The notes under the pieces were generated by a model, which saw nothing but the letters and a program-made list of their open reading frames with translations, was not told the origin of the DNA and made no database searches. The position numbers were made by a program, and so were the translations under genes. From contig OX597815.1 of NCBI GenBank assembly GCA_951406725.2, positions 35,402,001 through 35,466,000 on the forward strand: a stretch of 64,000 bases of DNA, given 5' to 3'. This stretch comes from Octopus vulgaris. Lineage: Eukaryota. This document shows, in pieces, positions 22,621-38,187 of the stretch (the first letter of the stretch is position 1; each line of letters starts with the position of its first letter).

Positions 22621-24191
22621 GTTGTTGTTATTATTCTGATTTTCAACGCGAGTTGTTTTTGCTCATTATTATTTTTTTTTTTTATTTTGTCATTTCTACC
22701 TTTCCCAAAAATGTTGTTTTCAGAAAGTGCATAATATTTTACTTGTTTGTGTCATATAAAGGTGTTTTAAAATGAAGTTTATTGTATTTATTGACTTCGC
22801 AAACAAAAATTTTTATTGACATTTCGAACTTTATTTTGGTTTTATTTCTTTCACAATGGCGTCGAGTCGAGGAAACGCCTCTCAAAACAAAACAACAATA
22901 ATCCATTCTGCCATTGTGAAACAGAATAACATGTAAAAATCCATATTGCAACAATTCACGCAAGTTTTAGAAATAAAACCTTTTATATGTTGTAAGAAAA
23001 AAAAATGTCTTTCTATGATTGTGAGAACTTGCTCACTGTATCAGTGTTATTGCCGCAACAACAATAATAACATTACCTAATACACAAACAAATATCGTTC
23101 AAGACAGCCACACATGGAATTACTTCTGCCTCGGTTGCCTCCAGTGTTATACACATGAATATGTATAGTACACAGTCCGAAACAGAACAGAGGTTTATCA
23201 TGTTCAGAAGAACTGCATCTTATTGCTTGAAAAATACAATTAGAAGCAGATAAGGAGAAAAATTATCTACCTTTGTCTCACAGAAAGGGGTAAGGTCATC
23301 AGCTATATAGTATTGTATGAACGGCTCGTTAACACAGGGATGAAGAGAGATGGCATGTGATCTGGACGAATGGATTTGCATGTCTGAATAACCACTGAAA
23401 TTCACAATGCCGTACAAGTATTCTATCCAGTTAATGGCACCTAAACAAAGAGAATGGGACTGATTATGCAGATTAAAAGACCTAGTTGTTATATATGAAG
23501 TGGTATAAAATCACTGAAAGGTTTCTGTATCCCAAGAACTGAGCTGGCGAATGCGGGAAGAAAGCAGCGCAAATATCAGTCACAGCCCCTGAACAAGCAA
23601 AGGAGGTTTCCTCTTGCCAGGTCCCGGTCAGAGAACAGGCACTCTGTTCGCCGGTTGTAACAATCAGCAGCACTCATCCACACCCTCTTGTAGTGAGCAG
23701 GAGATGTAGGAAGAAGAAAAAAAGAAAAAAAAACTATCGCTGAAAATATAAGTAAAAAAAAGTCTTCAAAAAGGGTAGTGAAGCCCGACAAAAGGCGGAG
23801 AGAAATATTAGGAGGTTCCACCTCAGGAAGACGTCACGGGGTTCGCTGAAGGGAGATAGAAAATGACGACAGAGTAGTTATTGGTATACATCAAAGTATT
23901 ATCCGAATTAGTAGGCGAAATATTTTCAGAGAATTACTGTAGACAACCGAACGACAGAATTCGCTACAATATTCGTTACAATATTCCTTACCGACACTGC
24001 TAAAACAAATGCTATTATAAACCTTTGGTTACATCAGAACTCAACGGGAAGGCAGAGTTGTAAAGTGCTCCAGCCCAACATGGCCTGTAGTTTCCCACCT
24101 ATGTGTGGACGGTTAAATTTAAATGTTTCTCATGCATTTTTTTTTCAAAAATGAATTATATCTTGTTTTAATAATTGTATTTTATATAACT

Positions 24192-24425
24192 AAAGGCGGC
24201 GAGCTGGCAGAAACGTTAGCACGCCGGGTGAAATGCGTAACCGTAATTCGTCTGCCGTTACGTTCTGAGTTCAGATTCCGCCGAGGTCGACTTTACCTTT
24301 CATCCTTTGTGGGTCGATTAAATAAGTACCAGTTACACACTGGGGTCGATATAACCGACTTAATCGGTTTGTCTGTCCTTATTTGTCTCCTCTGTGTTTA
24401 GCCCCTTGTTGGTAGTAAAAAAATA
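24192..24425 (+). mobile_element. Full-length Nin/Deu-domain SINE with 16-bp TSD
   Basis: TGTATTTTATATAACT at 24176-24191 and 24426-24441. Confidence 0.9.
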
Positions 24426-24579
24426 TGTATTTTATATAACTTTTATATTCATTTTATGCTAAATTTAGTTTTTATCCATGTTATAACGTCCCACTACTTC
24501 CCAGTTTACAATTGTAGAACTTTGTCCAACTTCATACGGCCATTGTACATTCTTTAACTTTTAACTCTTCGGTGGTTGA

Positions 24580-25565
<986 letters not shown>

Positions 25566-26819
25566 GCTATTACAGTGGAATGAAAGTAACAGTATAGTCC
25601 TGAACTTGAAATATTTCGTTATATCTGTTCACTTTCTAAATTTAAGTCATACCGGTACCGTTCAAACACCCGTGATTACTAAAATAGAGAAGCAGTGAAG
25701 CATTGAAGCTGTCCAAATCGCTTCCACCTATTTTATGGTCTCGTGCCTATATCAGAAATCATGACATATATTGTTCCCATAGATATCATATTTAACTCAA
25801 GATTTTATTTCTTTGCATCAAAAATAATAGTTGACTTTTTGTTGCAAAATAATAATCCTGGCCGAGTCAGTAACGTTTACGTGAATATGATTGTCTATCT
25901 TAGATACAACATATACTGGTAAAGGCTATATATACATTATGAAGCATATATAGAAAATAAGCAATTTTCTTTTTAATCATTCAGGAATCACATTGGTATT
26001 GTCGACAAATCCGTGACATATTTCCCGTTCCAAAATAGCACAGAATTTCAGAGTATATTTTCTTAGCTTTCACGTTGATATTAGTGAACACACTTATGAA
26101 CTTTTGCTCTATTTATAGTTGTTTGTCATGTTTAATTTCTTTTACTGTCGCTAAAGATCGATGTGTTTCCAGTTTCAGAAAATAGAATACAATTTTTAGG
26201 TTTGTAAGTTTATAAGCATACAAATATCTATATTTGTCTTAGTGCATATTTTGAAATGTCAGAGTCGGAAGAAACTATAACATCTAAACTGAAGTTCGAA
26301 ACCCTACTTTCTAGATTATCTATTTACCATAACCTTTTGCAGGAATTCGTTTGACCTCCAGTCCTGATAAATGAATTTGGCTTGTTCAAACCCCGAACCT
26401 TCTATAATTTTAACTGAAGCTTGTAATGCAAAAAAATTTTAAAAAACGCTATATTTTTACTAGAATATGAAGAAGTTGTCGCAAGATACGTCAATTAATT
26501 CAACTAATCGATAAAATATACCACAAACTGTCTACGCTTCTAGTAGCCGTAATAAGACTATTGTAGGACAATTTAGAATAGAATTAGAACATATGGATGG
26601 GTTAACAAAGCGGAAAAGTCTAAAAGTTCAAAGTATGTCACCGGCATAGTCTGGAGTTGATTGGCATATATATACTCAATCTACTAAACTGTAAATAGAT
26701 CTCATGAGTTTGATCTACGTTTCTATATTAAGAAGCATCAGCCAAAAGCACTGTCTAATTAACGGTTGTTTCGAAAGTTCAAGACATCCTGTGAAGTGTA
26801 ATGGGAACTCACACGAGTA

Positions 26820-27595
26820 TATTTTTTTCTGAAAATCTTATGAAGGTTATGCGTTTGCAATCCAGGAACAGGAGATTGCCACAAAGTACCTGGAGAACAA
26901 GGTGCAACTGCATGTATAGGCTATGTCATATCTCTATGGAAGACATCTCGCATGTGATTAGCACTTGTCCTAAAATGTCGTCACGGTACTACCTCCTTAT
27001 GCAGCACGATGTTGTTGCTAAAACAATTTACAGTACCACCCGGAAAAAAGACAATCCTGAAATAAACTTAGAAAGAAAATCTCTCTGTTATGGAATACAT
27101 TCATAAACACCAACTGAAGGAAAACTGGTGGAATATCCCCATCTAAATTTCCGTCAAATGTAAACATAACATGCCGGGTGTTGTTGTTTGGAACAGAGGG
27201 GCAAAGGTATGTACCGTCATAGAGGTCAGCTGCCTTGCTATTATAAATATCCCTTGAAAATCAAAGAAAAAGAGGAAATCTATGGACAACTGCTTCGAAA
27301 CCTCCAGCTTCTATATCCAGACTTTGAATTCATATTCATACCAATAATAGTTGGAGTACTAGATTTTGTTAGTAAATGCTTAAAGGAGAGTCTAGACAAA
27401 CTGGGATATTCAGAAAAAGATATTGACCGGCTAATTCGTACTTTACAAGTGCAATCTATGAGTGGAACATTAAAAATATGCAAGACTTTTCTCAAGTTCC
27501 AAATGTGAATTTGTCTGTGTTAACTACATCCCTTGTATCTGTGTTGGGAACCGGCTCCCTTCTCAGTGGAAGATTCATAATAATTAAAAAATAGA
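26820..27595 (+). pseudogene. 3' fragment of an RLE-encoding (R4/Dong-like) non-LTR retrotransposon
   Basis: GYAFAIQEQEIATKYL, zinc knuckle YRLCHISMEDISHVISTCPKMSSRYYLLMQHDVVAK, HNMPGVVVW..VIEVSC, KIKEKEEIYGQL, GTLKICKTFLKF*; frameshifted. Confidence 0.85.
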
Positions 27596-28162
27596 AGACA
27601 CACACACACAAACACGCACGCGCACACACATACACACACATGTATATATAAATATACATATATATATATATATTTGTATGTATTCAAATGACAATTATAA
27701 GAGCTGATCAACGTATTTTAAGACAGATTGCTTGATACGTCGTTGTTCAGATATCTCCTTGGTAAAACAAAAATAGGAGCCAATAATATACTTGGGTCGA
27801 TGCAATGACCTGTGTCTCTTTTAGTGTATTTTCAAGTAAATTTGATGATATTGTTTATGAACTGTGTAACATATTTTTGCAATGAATTCAATTTTACTCT
27901 CTAATAAAAATTATGTAAATGCTAAATAAAATGGAATCACTATATTTCCTTTACTGAGGATTATGGCAATAGTTATATTTTGTATTTCGATCTTTCCAGC
28001 AGTTGTTTTATTATGAAATTTAAATATGTAGCAATGAATCATATTTGTCTGAGATCTCTAACATTCATTGGCTACCGTTTCTAGTTATTTGATCTAGTTA
28101 GTTTATATCTAAAAAGAAAATATCTGTATTCTTGTAGTTGTATTTCGTGTGTATAATCGCGT

Positions 28163-28219
<57 letters not shown>

Positions 28220-29948
28220 GGTTTTGTCTGTGTACGCATGTGTTTCCTTTGTATAGGCACTCTCTGTTGTGTGCTATGTTATGTGAGCGTGTCACTGTAA
28301 ATTATTTCCTTAACGTATTATTGATCTTTTCTCCCCTTATTTGACAGTCGAAGCAGACATTTATTTCATTTTTATTGTCTGCCATATTGCTCTATCGTGA
28401 CCCGTGTAAATTTTTTCGATCGAGAACATTCCCAGGTTTATAAACAAATATTTTAGTCCTAACATACACGTATGTACACACACACACACATACACGCACA
28501 CACATGCACACCACACACACACACACACACACAAGAGCAATCATTCTCCTTCGCCCATACATACAAACACGTGCACAAACACACATGTAGCACGGACATA
28601 CAATGTATCTAGTATTTGTGTATTTATATCGGTACGTCAATGTCGGTTTAATGTAGTGATTGAATATGACAATAACTATAAAATATGCGAATTCTTTTAT
28701 GTAACCCATGTAAGCAGGTGAAGGTACATTAGAAGCCGCTGCTATATAAATGCAAAATGTTAAGATTTTGTATTCATTTTCAAAGACAGAATCAAATGCC
28801 AAATTTAGATAATCTTGTCAATGGCAGATAATATCCTTTGATAAAACAAAAATAAAAAAAACGTCTGATATATTTTTCTATAATGCGTTATAGAAAGTTC
28901 GCTAAGTGGATATTTGTAAACAAGTTGCGCGCGCATTCTAAGCTAAAGATGACTGTCTGTCGAAGAGATAAACATATCAAACCTGGTCTCGTCTGTTCAA
29001 GCAATCCATGGCTCCATGTTTATCAATACACATCCGGGAGATTATTATGTGATATAGGGGATATATCAGACAATGTTAACAGATTAAATAAGGAATATGA
29101 GAAAATTCGTACTAATATCGTTGCTTACCTATATATGTATATATTTCACATACGTTTTGGTGCATTTCTATTAAATTACTGTACTGAATATAATTCTATA
29201 TTATTAATGTTTATCCATGATCTGGAATATCATTTCATTCCAGATCTTATTTTCAAATTCCTATAAATCTTTCCATGTCTACCAATATGGCGGACGACAG
29301 CTTATATTTACAGTGTGATGCTATTGTAAATAGCTATGTGAAATAAACTCCAAAAAGAACTATTCTTCTTCTTGTTATTGTTGTAGGCTGTCGATGTTGC
29401 TGTCGATGTTATCGCTCGAAATTAGATCATTGTTAAATGCGTAATTCCAAGTTATTTCAACCGAGATTTACTAAATTATCTGCTAATTTAATTCCTTTTT
29501 ATAAATGTGTGTGTAAACACATACATATATCATACATATGTGTGTGAGTGCGTGCGTGTGTAGTTATTTACTTATTCCCATATTACTTAACTTTCTTCGT
29601 GTTTATTACACGCAGTTACAGAAATAAACTTTATAAAAATGTATATAAGAAAGCATAGAATCCAGGCTCCAATAATTTATTAGATATTTTACATTTAGTT
29701 TCTGAGCTTATCTCTGGGAGAATGTATTCCATTGTTTATGTAAATAAATTATAAATTTCTAAACTAATATTCCTGTATCGTTGAAAACAATATGATGGCC
29801 AACAAAATATGAAGTTTAGAATAATTTATTGATAATTCACATCGGATTTTCACACGCACATAAACACACAGACACATGCACACATACTCACACACACATA
29901 CACACACGCACTTAGATATTGACTCATTGATTTGTATTCATTTGTAGT

Positions 29949-29994
<46 letters not shown>

Positions 29995-30005
29995 TGTATG
30001 TATAT

Positions 30006-30067
<62 letters not shown>

Positions 30068-32547
30068 CAATGTAGAAAATGTTTTTAAGATATATTTTTA
30101 ATAATCAATGGAGGTTGTGGTAATCTTTTGGATAAATCTAGACATGCTGGCAACCGGGTTTGTCTTTGGTTCTATTTTTCAGGTTGATTTCTTTTTATTT
30201 CTATTTTTTTATTATGTAAATGTTGGATATACATTCACCGCGATTTTACTTGAAATCAATTAATTTGGTCTGTAGAATACTTTCTTCCAAATCACAGCAA
30301 ATTTGTCATTACGGAACCACTTATCAGAGGAGTTAACTAAATTATCGAATATTTTGATAACTTCATTTTCCAATAGAACCGTGATTATATGGAATTATAA
30401 TCAAGGAAGTAGAACAAAATCACCTTTTCCCTTCTAGAGTTTCTTTTGGGATAATTCATTACAGAACATCGGATGGTTATAGAAATATTGCTTAAACCAT
30501 TTAATAGATCAACGCTTGTTCAAGTCAGTTATGGTAAGTAACGTTAAGTCAATCGAGATGGGAAATACTGTTTCTACAGGAGACACCGGAAGTTGCAATT
30601 AATTCTTTGCCTGTCCAAAGCATTTTCATAAATATGTGCTAAACTTCCTACTTGTTTTCAGACTTTTAGTTAGCCCTTGTTTCATATGTTCTGAATAATA
30701 TAAGCTTTCCTTTCACAAGCCCCGAGTTACTATGGTGGTTGAAAGTAAAATTGCGAATGTCTATAGACGCTAAGGATGTATGTATTTTGTGTCTCATATG
30801 ATAAATGAGACAGGCAAAGGGTCAAATAAAGGACTTAGTTTGACGTATTAGGCATTCTCAAATTATCATGACTACCCACAATCACATCAGATTGGATGCC
30901 ATTTAAATTGGCAAAAACATTCCCGTCATTATGCCACGTTATTTTTGTTTGTCTATTTATTTTTGAGCACAGTACCCTTAGGACAACACTCTCCAAATAT
31001 GTTCATATTTTCTAAGCTGTGATATGAGAAGATTTAGTTTCTAAATGAGAGCGTGACAGCTTCTTCCCTGGTGAGTAAAGGTAGAGTGTCACTCTCAACA
31101 TAGATCATTCTCTGATCTATGCCATTATACATCTGTATCACATCCTTAAACCTTGTTTAAAGCACATTCCTCAATATTTCTCTCCTCCACCCCTCCACTC
31201 GAATTGCGCACCACTGGAATTCGTTCTCTTCTCAACCAGATCAGCCTCACTAGAAATAAAGAACCTACAATTGTCATATTCTGCCGTATTCATTACAATC
31301 GAAGGCGCCTCTACGTAGCTGCATAGCCTGCTAGAAATAGTAGGTTGACATTTTAATTTTTCTACCATTCAATCACATTTAAATTCTGAAATTAATATTG
31401 ATCCCATTCGAATTTTCCCGTCAAATGCAAATATTTCCTACCCCTCTATTATTCTTCTGTTGCACTCTAGTTTTCATGCCTTCTCTCGCCTCTTCATCAC
31501 GCCCATCTTTTCTCATCCTTCCTTTTTTTTTTACATGTTTCTCTTTCCTTCTCTTTCTTTCTTTTTGCTTTTCAATCTTCTCCTTTTTATTGTTCGTTTT
31601 TTCACTTTTCTTCAATTTCTCTTCCTCTTTCCCTATATTCTGTATTTCTTTCTTTCTAACTCAATCTCACTTTTAGACTCTCTCTCTCTCTCTCACTCTC
31701 TCTCTTTCTTTCTTTCTTTCTTATCTGCCTCTCCCTCCCTATTTCTCTCTTATCTGCCTCTGCCTCTCTTTCAATGTGTATTTCATTGTGTGTGTAAAGA
31801 GAGAAAGACTATGGGTATATGTGCTGGTGTGTTTATGCATGTGTATGTGAGTGTGTAATTGTATGCTTGTCTACCTTATCATATTACTTTCTATTCCTCT
31901 CATAAATCGTTTAGAAATTGTTCATAAATCGTTGGCAACGAAGTCAAGGTTTGAATTCAAATTTTATTCTTTTAATCTCATTTTCTCATTTCAGTTGGGG
32001 TCACGTTAGGATCAAAGCAGAGCAATCACAATCATCACTGAGAAATCATTTTTTAATATACTCTACACTGTCTATATCACTGGTTCTTATTGGTTCTTCA
32101 GGCCGACAAGGAAAGCTTTGCACGATCACTAGACCTCCTAGAAATACCAGCCAGATCAGAGAGGGTTGCACCAGTACTATGCTGATATTCAGTTTAGCTG
32201 AGTAGTAAACTGTAGCGACGTAAAATAAAGTACTTTGCTCAATGACACAACGTGCTGTCCGATCTAAAAATCGGGATTACGACTTTGTGATCGGGATTCC
32301 AGCACTCTAACCACCAGACCATGCACTTTCACGCTTCTTTTCTCTATATCACTTTATACTACATCATCTAGCACTATGTCATACTGCTACTAAATTTCAT
32401 TAAATCACAGCAGCCGGTGAGGAAGCCTCAACCGTCTTAAAAAAGGAAGTGTATTAAAGAACGTAGTCCTTGGTATGGGAAAAACAATGAGATGGTCACT
32501 GTTGGGACGCCTCTAATGAAAATTCTGCTCGATCAGGGATGACCTAG

Positions 32548-33242
32548 TGCTAATCAACTACAGCAATTAAATTACACGTTGGACTTCTACTGCTACGAGC
32601 AAACAAGGGAACTACACCTGGATACTCGACTTTCTAGAAATAGTAGCTAAATTTCTCTCAAGATCACAACTTGACATCTGTAAAAGAAGAATAAAAATAC
32701 ATTCAGTATGGGATGGAAGCACGAGGGTTCCGGTTCATCCGAATCAACGGAACAGCCTGCTCGTGAAATTAACGTGTAAGTGGCTGAGCACTCCACAGAC
32801 ACGTGTACCCTTAACGTAGTTCTCGGGGATATTCAGCGTGACACAGAGAGTGACAAGGCTGGCCCTTTGAAATACAGGTACTACAGAAACAGGAAGTAAG
32901 AGTGAGAGAAAGTTGCGGTGAAAGAGTACAGCAGGGATCACCACCATACCCTGCCGGAGCCTGGTGGAACTTTTAGGTATTTTCGCTCAATAAACACTCA
33001 CAACGCTCGTTCTGGGAATCGAAACCGCGATCCTATGACCGCGAGTCCGCTGCCCTAACCACTGGGCCATTGCGCCTCCATGCTAATCAACTACAGCAAT
33101 TAAATTACACGTTGGACTTCTACTGCTACGAGCAAACAAGGGAACTACACCTGGATACTCGACTTTCTAGAAATAGTAGCTAAATTTCTCTCAAGATCAC
33201 AACTTGACATCTGTAAAAGAAGAATAAAAATACATTCAGTAT
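32548..33242 (-). mobile_element. Full-length tRNA-headed SINE (32710-33079) flanked by an identical 162-bp direct repeat
   Basis: Head GGAGGCGCAATGGCCCAGTGGTTAGGGCAGCGGAC on the minus strand; 32548-32709 equals 33081-33242. Confidence 0.9.
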
Positions 33243-33990
33243 ATGCATTCTTACTCGTCCTGAAAAAGAGAGCGGGGTGGTTACGGCTTAATGAAAATAA
33301 ACTTGAGGGTAAGTAGCAACAACAACAACAACAACATTGTTTCATATAACTCTCCTTGCAAGTTAACAATAAATCTGCAATATCGAAAAAAAAAGACAGT
33401 TGAATATCTCAGAACATTCAGGCTTTAATATTTAATATCAGTTTTATTTTTATACAGTCCACATGATTGTTTACAATAACCAGCACAATAGTAGCAGCAA
33501 TAACAACAACAACAACAACAATATCCTCAGGAATAACAAGAACAACACTATTATAACAACAATACTACCATAATTCTGGTAATGGCTGCAGACATTGCCG
33601 GAAGCTCTGTTAACACTTCCATTTCCTGAGCATGGGCAAATTAATGCATATCCTGTTTACTCTGAACCGATGAGCCGTTACTATAAATCTATTGTATGAA
33701 CCGATCAAAAGCTGTTTAACAATCATTCAAGACGTGTATTCAGCAAATCAGTTACAAATGAAAAATTTTTAGCGTAATTAAAGTAATGTTTAGCTATTAT
33801 TGTTCAGCTATTATTACTGTGCTCTAGTTAGTTCCGAACCTCTGGGTCTGTAAGTACATGTCTTGCAAAGATCGGCTTCGACTTCCGCCCTTTCGAGGTC
33901 GATAAAATAAAGTACCAGTCAAGTAGCTGGCTTTGCCCTACTGGCTTTGCCCATATAGCAGGTTTACCCTCCTACAAAAAAAACATAGAT

Positions 33991-34154
<164 letters not shown>

Positions 34155-34435
34155 CTTACTTTGTTTTATACAAGCTTCTCAAAGTTTGACCCAAAGACCT
34201 GAAGTAACAGCAAGTTTACTATGAGTGTTATTTATGATTAGCAATGAAAGGGAATTAGCAGGGAAAGGAGACCAAATTCTGAGAATTAATATTATATTAA
34301 ATTTGTAACCTCTTTTTTTTCTATTAGAGAGAAAATCAAATATTTTAAGGTTGGCAATATTTTTTTCGCAGGATTTATTATCATTTTAATCACCGTAAGT
34401 AGCTCTCTTCTGTTCCTTCTTTCTCACTGTTTAAT

Positions 34436-35400
34436 ATGGCCGTACTCAGAATAGGCAGTGTAAATGCACATTCCCTGGGGTCGCCTTGGAAAACAAAACC
34501 ACCTACTCAATGACCTCAGGTCATTGAATATGTTGTGACTATCAGTGAGATTTGATTTTCCGATCTACAAGGTTCCATGCCCATTTTCGGTGGATAGGAA
34601 TGGTGGGTGGAAATGCGGTATTATTTTGGAAGGATATAGATTTCGAAATAAGAGTCACTTTCCTGGACCCAGAAGCTAAGTGGTGGTCCTGGATGTGAAC
34701 AGTAACAATGAAGGTGCTTTCAGACTGGTGGTTGTTTATGCTCCGACAGGGGCAGGGCAGCAAGATTTCTTCAAACGTCTGCAGGTTTTCCTAAAGCGTC
34801 TTTACTTTTAGTGCTAGTGGGCAAATGGAACCTTATCCTGGACGCGCGTTTGGATTGTGTGCAGCTGGCTAAGAGAAGAAGAGAATGCAAAAGTCTCACA
34901 AAACCTGCCCAGACATTTCTAACTGTCTGATATGTACCGACTGGATTTCCCGAATGTGCCACTATAGACGTGGACGAAACGCATCGGGTCATCCAGGTCA
35001 TATCTAGATGGATTATTCTATAGGCTAGTAGATAAGGACAACCTAAGTTGACTGCTTTTTAAAATCGTCGGCTATACAGACCACAAATTATATAACTTAG
35101 GCTTCGTAGGCAAGGATCCGGTTACTGAAAAGTGACTGCGTCACTCTCGGTGTGCCAAGATAACAGAGACCGGAATAGCAAATTGGTTAAGCGGGTGTTT
35201 ACGGTGTCAATCCTTTAACAACAAATGGTAGTTTGCTCTGTAAATGGCAACAAGAATCGATTAGGTTTAGTAAAGCATTAGTGGGTGAAAGAAATAGCAT
35301 AAAAGGAAACTTAAAAACTTAAACGAGAAGCTTAGGAAAGGCATTGCAACCGACGTGCTGGCAGCGAGATTAGCCTTTGACTAATTCTTTAACACTAAAC
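34436..35400 (+). pseudogene. Decayed L1/Tx1-type ORF2 AP-endonuclease domain
   Basis: MAVLRIGSVNAHSL, GAFRLVVVYAPTGAGQQDFFKRL, LVLVGKWNLILD, SRSYLD, GYTDHKL motifs with stops and frameshifts. Confidence 0.8.
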
Positions 35401-35581
35401 ACGACAATGGAGGAAGCAGCAAGACACGCCACTGTAGCCATAAAATCGGAGAAATGGGCATTACTGCCGACTTACCTCGGAAAACGAGTGACAAGAGTAA
35501 GAATTGGCAGGCTGCCCCCAGAAATTATGGATGGACATGATGGACATGAAAGACGAAACAGCTAAATTGCTTTATACTTAC

Positions 35582-35752
35582 CAAGTAGTTGCTCAGATGA
35601 ACGTTGGACAAAGATAGAGTTAAAGTAGTACTGATCGGAAGTGGGGTCGAGTGGTAGCATTGCATCTTCATTCTTATATAATTTCATATCATTCATCCGT
35701 TTACGTATTTGTCTCCACTTGTGCTGTCCGGTCTGTCTTTGTTCGTCCCTCT
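35582..35752 (-). CDS. Candidate first exon (e.g. MNDMKLYKNEDAMLPLDPTSDQYYFNSIFVQRSSEQLL, phase 1) of an unidentified gene
   Basis: Ends at a perfect donor TTG|GTAAGT (35581); 56 stop-free codons; TATA box just upstream. A second frame (MKMQCYHST...) is also open. Confidence 0.4.
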
Positions 35753-35761
35753 CTATGTATG

Positions 35762-35770
35762 CTTTTTATA
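35762..35770 (-). promoter_or_regulatory. Candidate TATA box TATAAAAAG
   Basis: Consensus TATAWAWR in non-microsatellite context, about 180 nt upstream of a GTAAGT donor. Confidence 0.35.
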
Positions 35771-36321
35771 GGCAAATAAAGAGACGAGTTCGTAGTTTGG
35801 TCTTCGAAGTCCAGGTACAGTTTGCAGTTCGGGTTGGAAATATTGATTGCTGGTTCGTTGCGTGTTTGTTTAGAGAAAGTCCTGGAAATGCAATTATAAT
35901 TTTTACTGAAGAAAGTAAAAAACAACATGTGGTTTTTCAATTAAAACTTTGACCAATTCAAATACAAAAATTCTTTTACCTCTCTCTTTTTTTCCTCTTC
36001 TACCTTAAAAGGCAACTAAGTACTAAACGAACAAGTCTGACCACACAAAAGCCACGCCTCTTTATATCCCCTCTCAAAAAATTCTTTTTTCTTCTTTCAT
36101 CTCCCTTGCTTGGCAAACCCCAGAAAATTCTTTATAAAAAGGCCAAGAAATCTAAATTTGAACCATTTCTTGATAAATCCGATAACAGAAGAAAAGGCAA
36201 AAAATGTAAATAAGGTGTAAATAAATAAAATATATATATATAATCATCCAATATTCTGACTACCTTATTACTTTAAATATATTTATATCTAAAAACCAGG
36301 ATACAAAAATAGTTCCAGCAT

Positions 36322-36487
36322 AGACGCAGGAGTGGCTGTGTGGTAAGTAGCTTGTTTACCAACTACATGGTTCCGGGTTCAGTCCCACTGCGTGGCACCT
36401 TGGGCAAGTGTCTTCTGCTATAGCCTCGGGCCGACTAAAGCCTTGTGAGTGGATTTGGTAGACGGAAACTGAAAGAAGCCCGTCGTA

Positions 36488-36551
<64 letters not shown>

Positions 36552-36779
36552 TGTGTGTGTTTGTGTGTCTGTGTTGTCCCCCTAGCATTGCTTGACAACC
36601 GATGCTGGTGTGTTTATGTCCCCGTTACTTAGCGGTTCGGCAAAAGAGACCGATAGAATAAGTACTGGGTTTACAAAAGAATAAGTCCCGGGGTCGAGTT
36701 GCTCGATTAAAGGCGGTGCTCCAGCATAGCCGCAGTCAAATGACTGAAACAAGTAAAAGAGTAAAAAGGGTAAAGAGTA
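36322..36779 (+). mobile_element. Full-length CORE-like SINE with internal (TA)n
   Basis: GCAGGAGTGGCTGTGTGGTAAG head, GGTTCAGTCCC B-box-like, GGCACCTTGGGCAAGTGTCTTCT CORE-like, tail (GTAAAAGA)n. Confidence 0.9.
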
Positions 36780-37539
36780 TTGCTAGAAATAAAGTAAAAA
36801 ATGACTCGATAGCGACACAAAGCACTAACCTCATGAGTTGACGGAAAAGCGAGGTAGCGAACAAAAGCACCTTTCTATGGTGAGATCAACTCACAAAATG
36901 AAGTAAACAAATATATCCATATCACGTGATATGGCTGGACATAGACATGTATGTATGTATGTATGTATGTATGTATGTATGTATGTATGTATGTATGTTT
37001 GTATGTACGCATATTTCAATCAGTAAAAACTCAAAGTCGAGACAGATTTAAACCATCAATTTTGAATGAATAAATTTTTACCCTCATTTGTAATGCTCAA
37101 ACATGTACACACAGACACACACATACACACATGCACACACATACACACATGCACACAAACACACAAACACACAAACACACATACATGCACATATACACAC
37201 AAATGATATGCAACATATATATGAGACAAATAAACATCGCATGGGAACCAAAAAAAATCTTGAACAACAACGATAATACAAAAAGGAATCTACATTGAAA
37301 TCAAAGAAAATTATTTTAAAACTTTGTTCCTCTCCTTTATTTATTTATTTATTTGCTGTTGGTTGAAAACAAAATGGAAACTTTTAGAACTAAAACAAAA
37401 CAAAACAAAAATAACTAAAATTAATATTTTAGAGTGGAATAGGGTTGGGGACATGTTTAAGAATTCTTTCTTTTTGGACATAAGAATATGTTTGTATATA
37501 TGTGTGCACGCTTCAGCATGGCCCGCACATGTGTGTATG

Positions 37540-37577
<38 letters not shown>

Positions 37578-37882
37578 GTGTGTGTGTGTGCGTGCATAAG
37601 TATATGTATGTGTGTATATATGTATTATATACATGTATGTATACTTATATGTATGTATGTACATATATGTATATTTATTATTCTTTAACAAGAATAGTGT
37701 TGACAGCGATTTTGAAGTCACTGTCAAGGCAGTTCTTGTTAACGAATAATAATTATGTACTCTACAGAAAGTACTGAGTAATCCTTCAGTTTAATATAAA
37801 ATTGTTTTTATTATAACTTGAAATAAAAACGGCATTAATATCTATGTATATTTATGTACGAGAGTGCGAGAGTGTGTGTGTG

Positions 37883-37938
<56 letters not shown>

Positions 37939-38187
37939 CACATATATACATACACAAACATATATATATATATATCACTCTGTAAAGTAGTTGGTGTTTG
38001 GAACAAGCAGTGAAGTCTGGTGCAGTCTTCTGGCTAACCAGCCGCTACCAAACCGTCCAACCCACGCCAGTTTGGAAAACGGACGTTAAAGGAAAGTACC
38101 AGTTCAATACTGAGTTGGTGTAATCGACTTAACTACTCCTGGGTACAAATATATAAAACTGCACCCTCTGCTAAGTCATGTGAAGCC

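Noticed and set aside
23280-23880. GC-richer purine-biased segment, possibly a LINE ORF1 remnant or exon
   Set aside because: Stops in all frames and no diagnostic motif.
28883-29266. 127-aa plus-strand ORF
   Set aside because: No domain recognised; runs into low-complexity AT sequence; no supporting splice structure.
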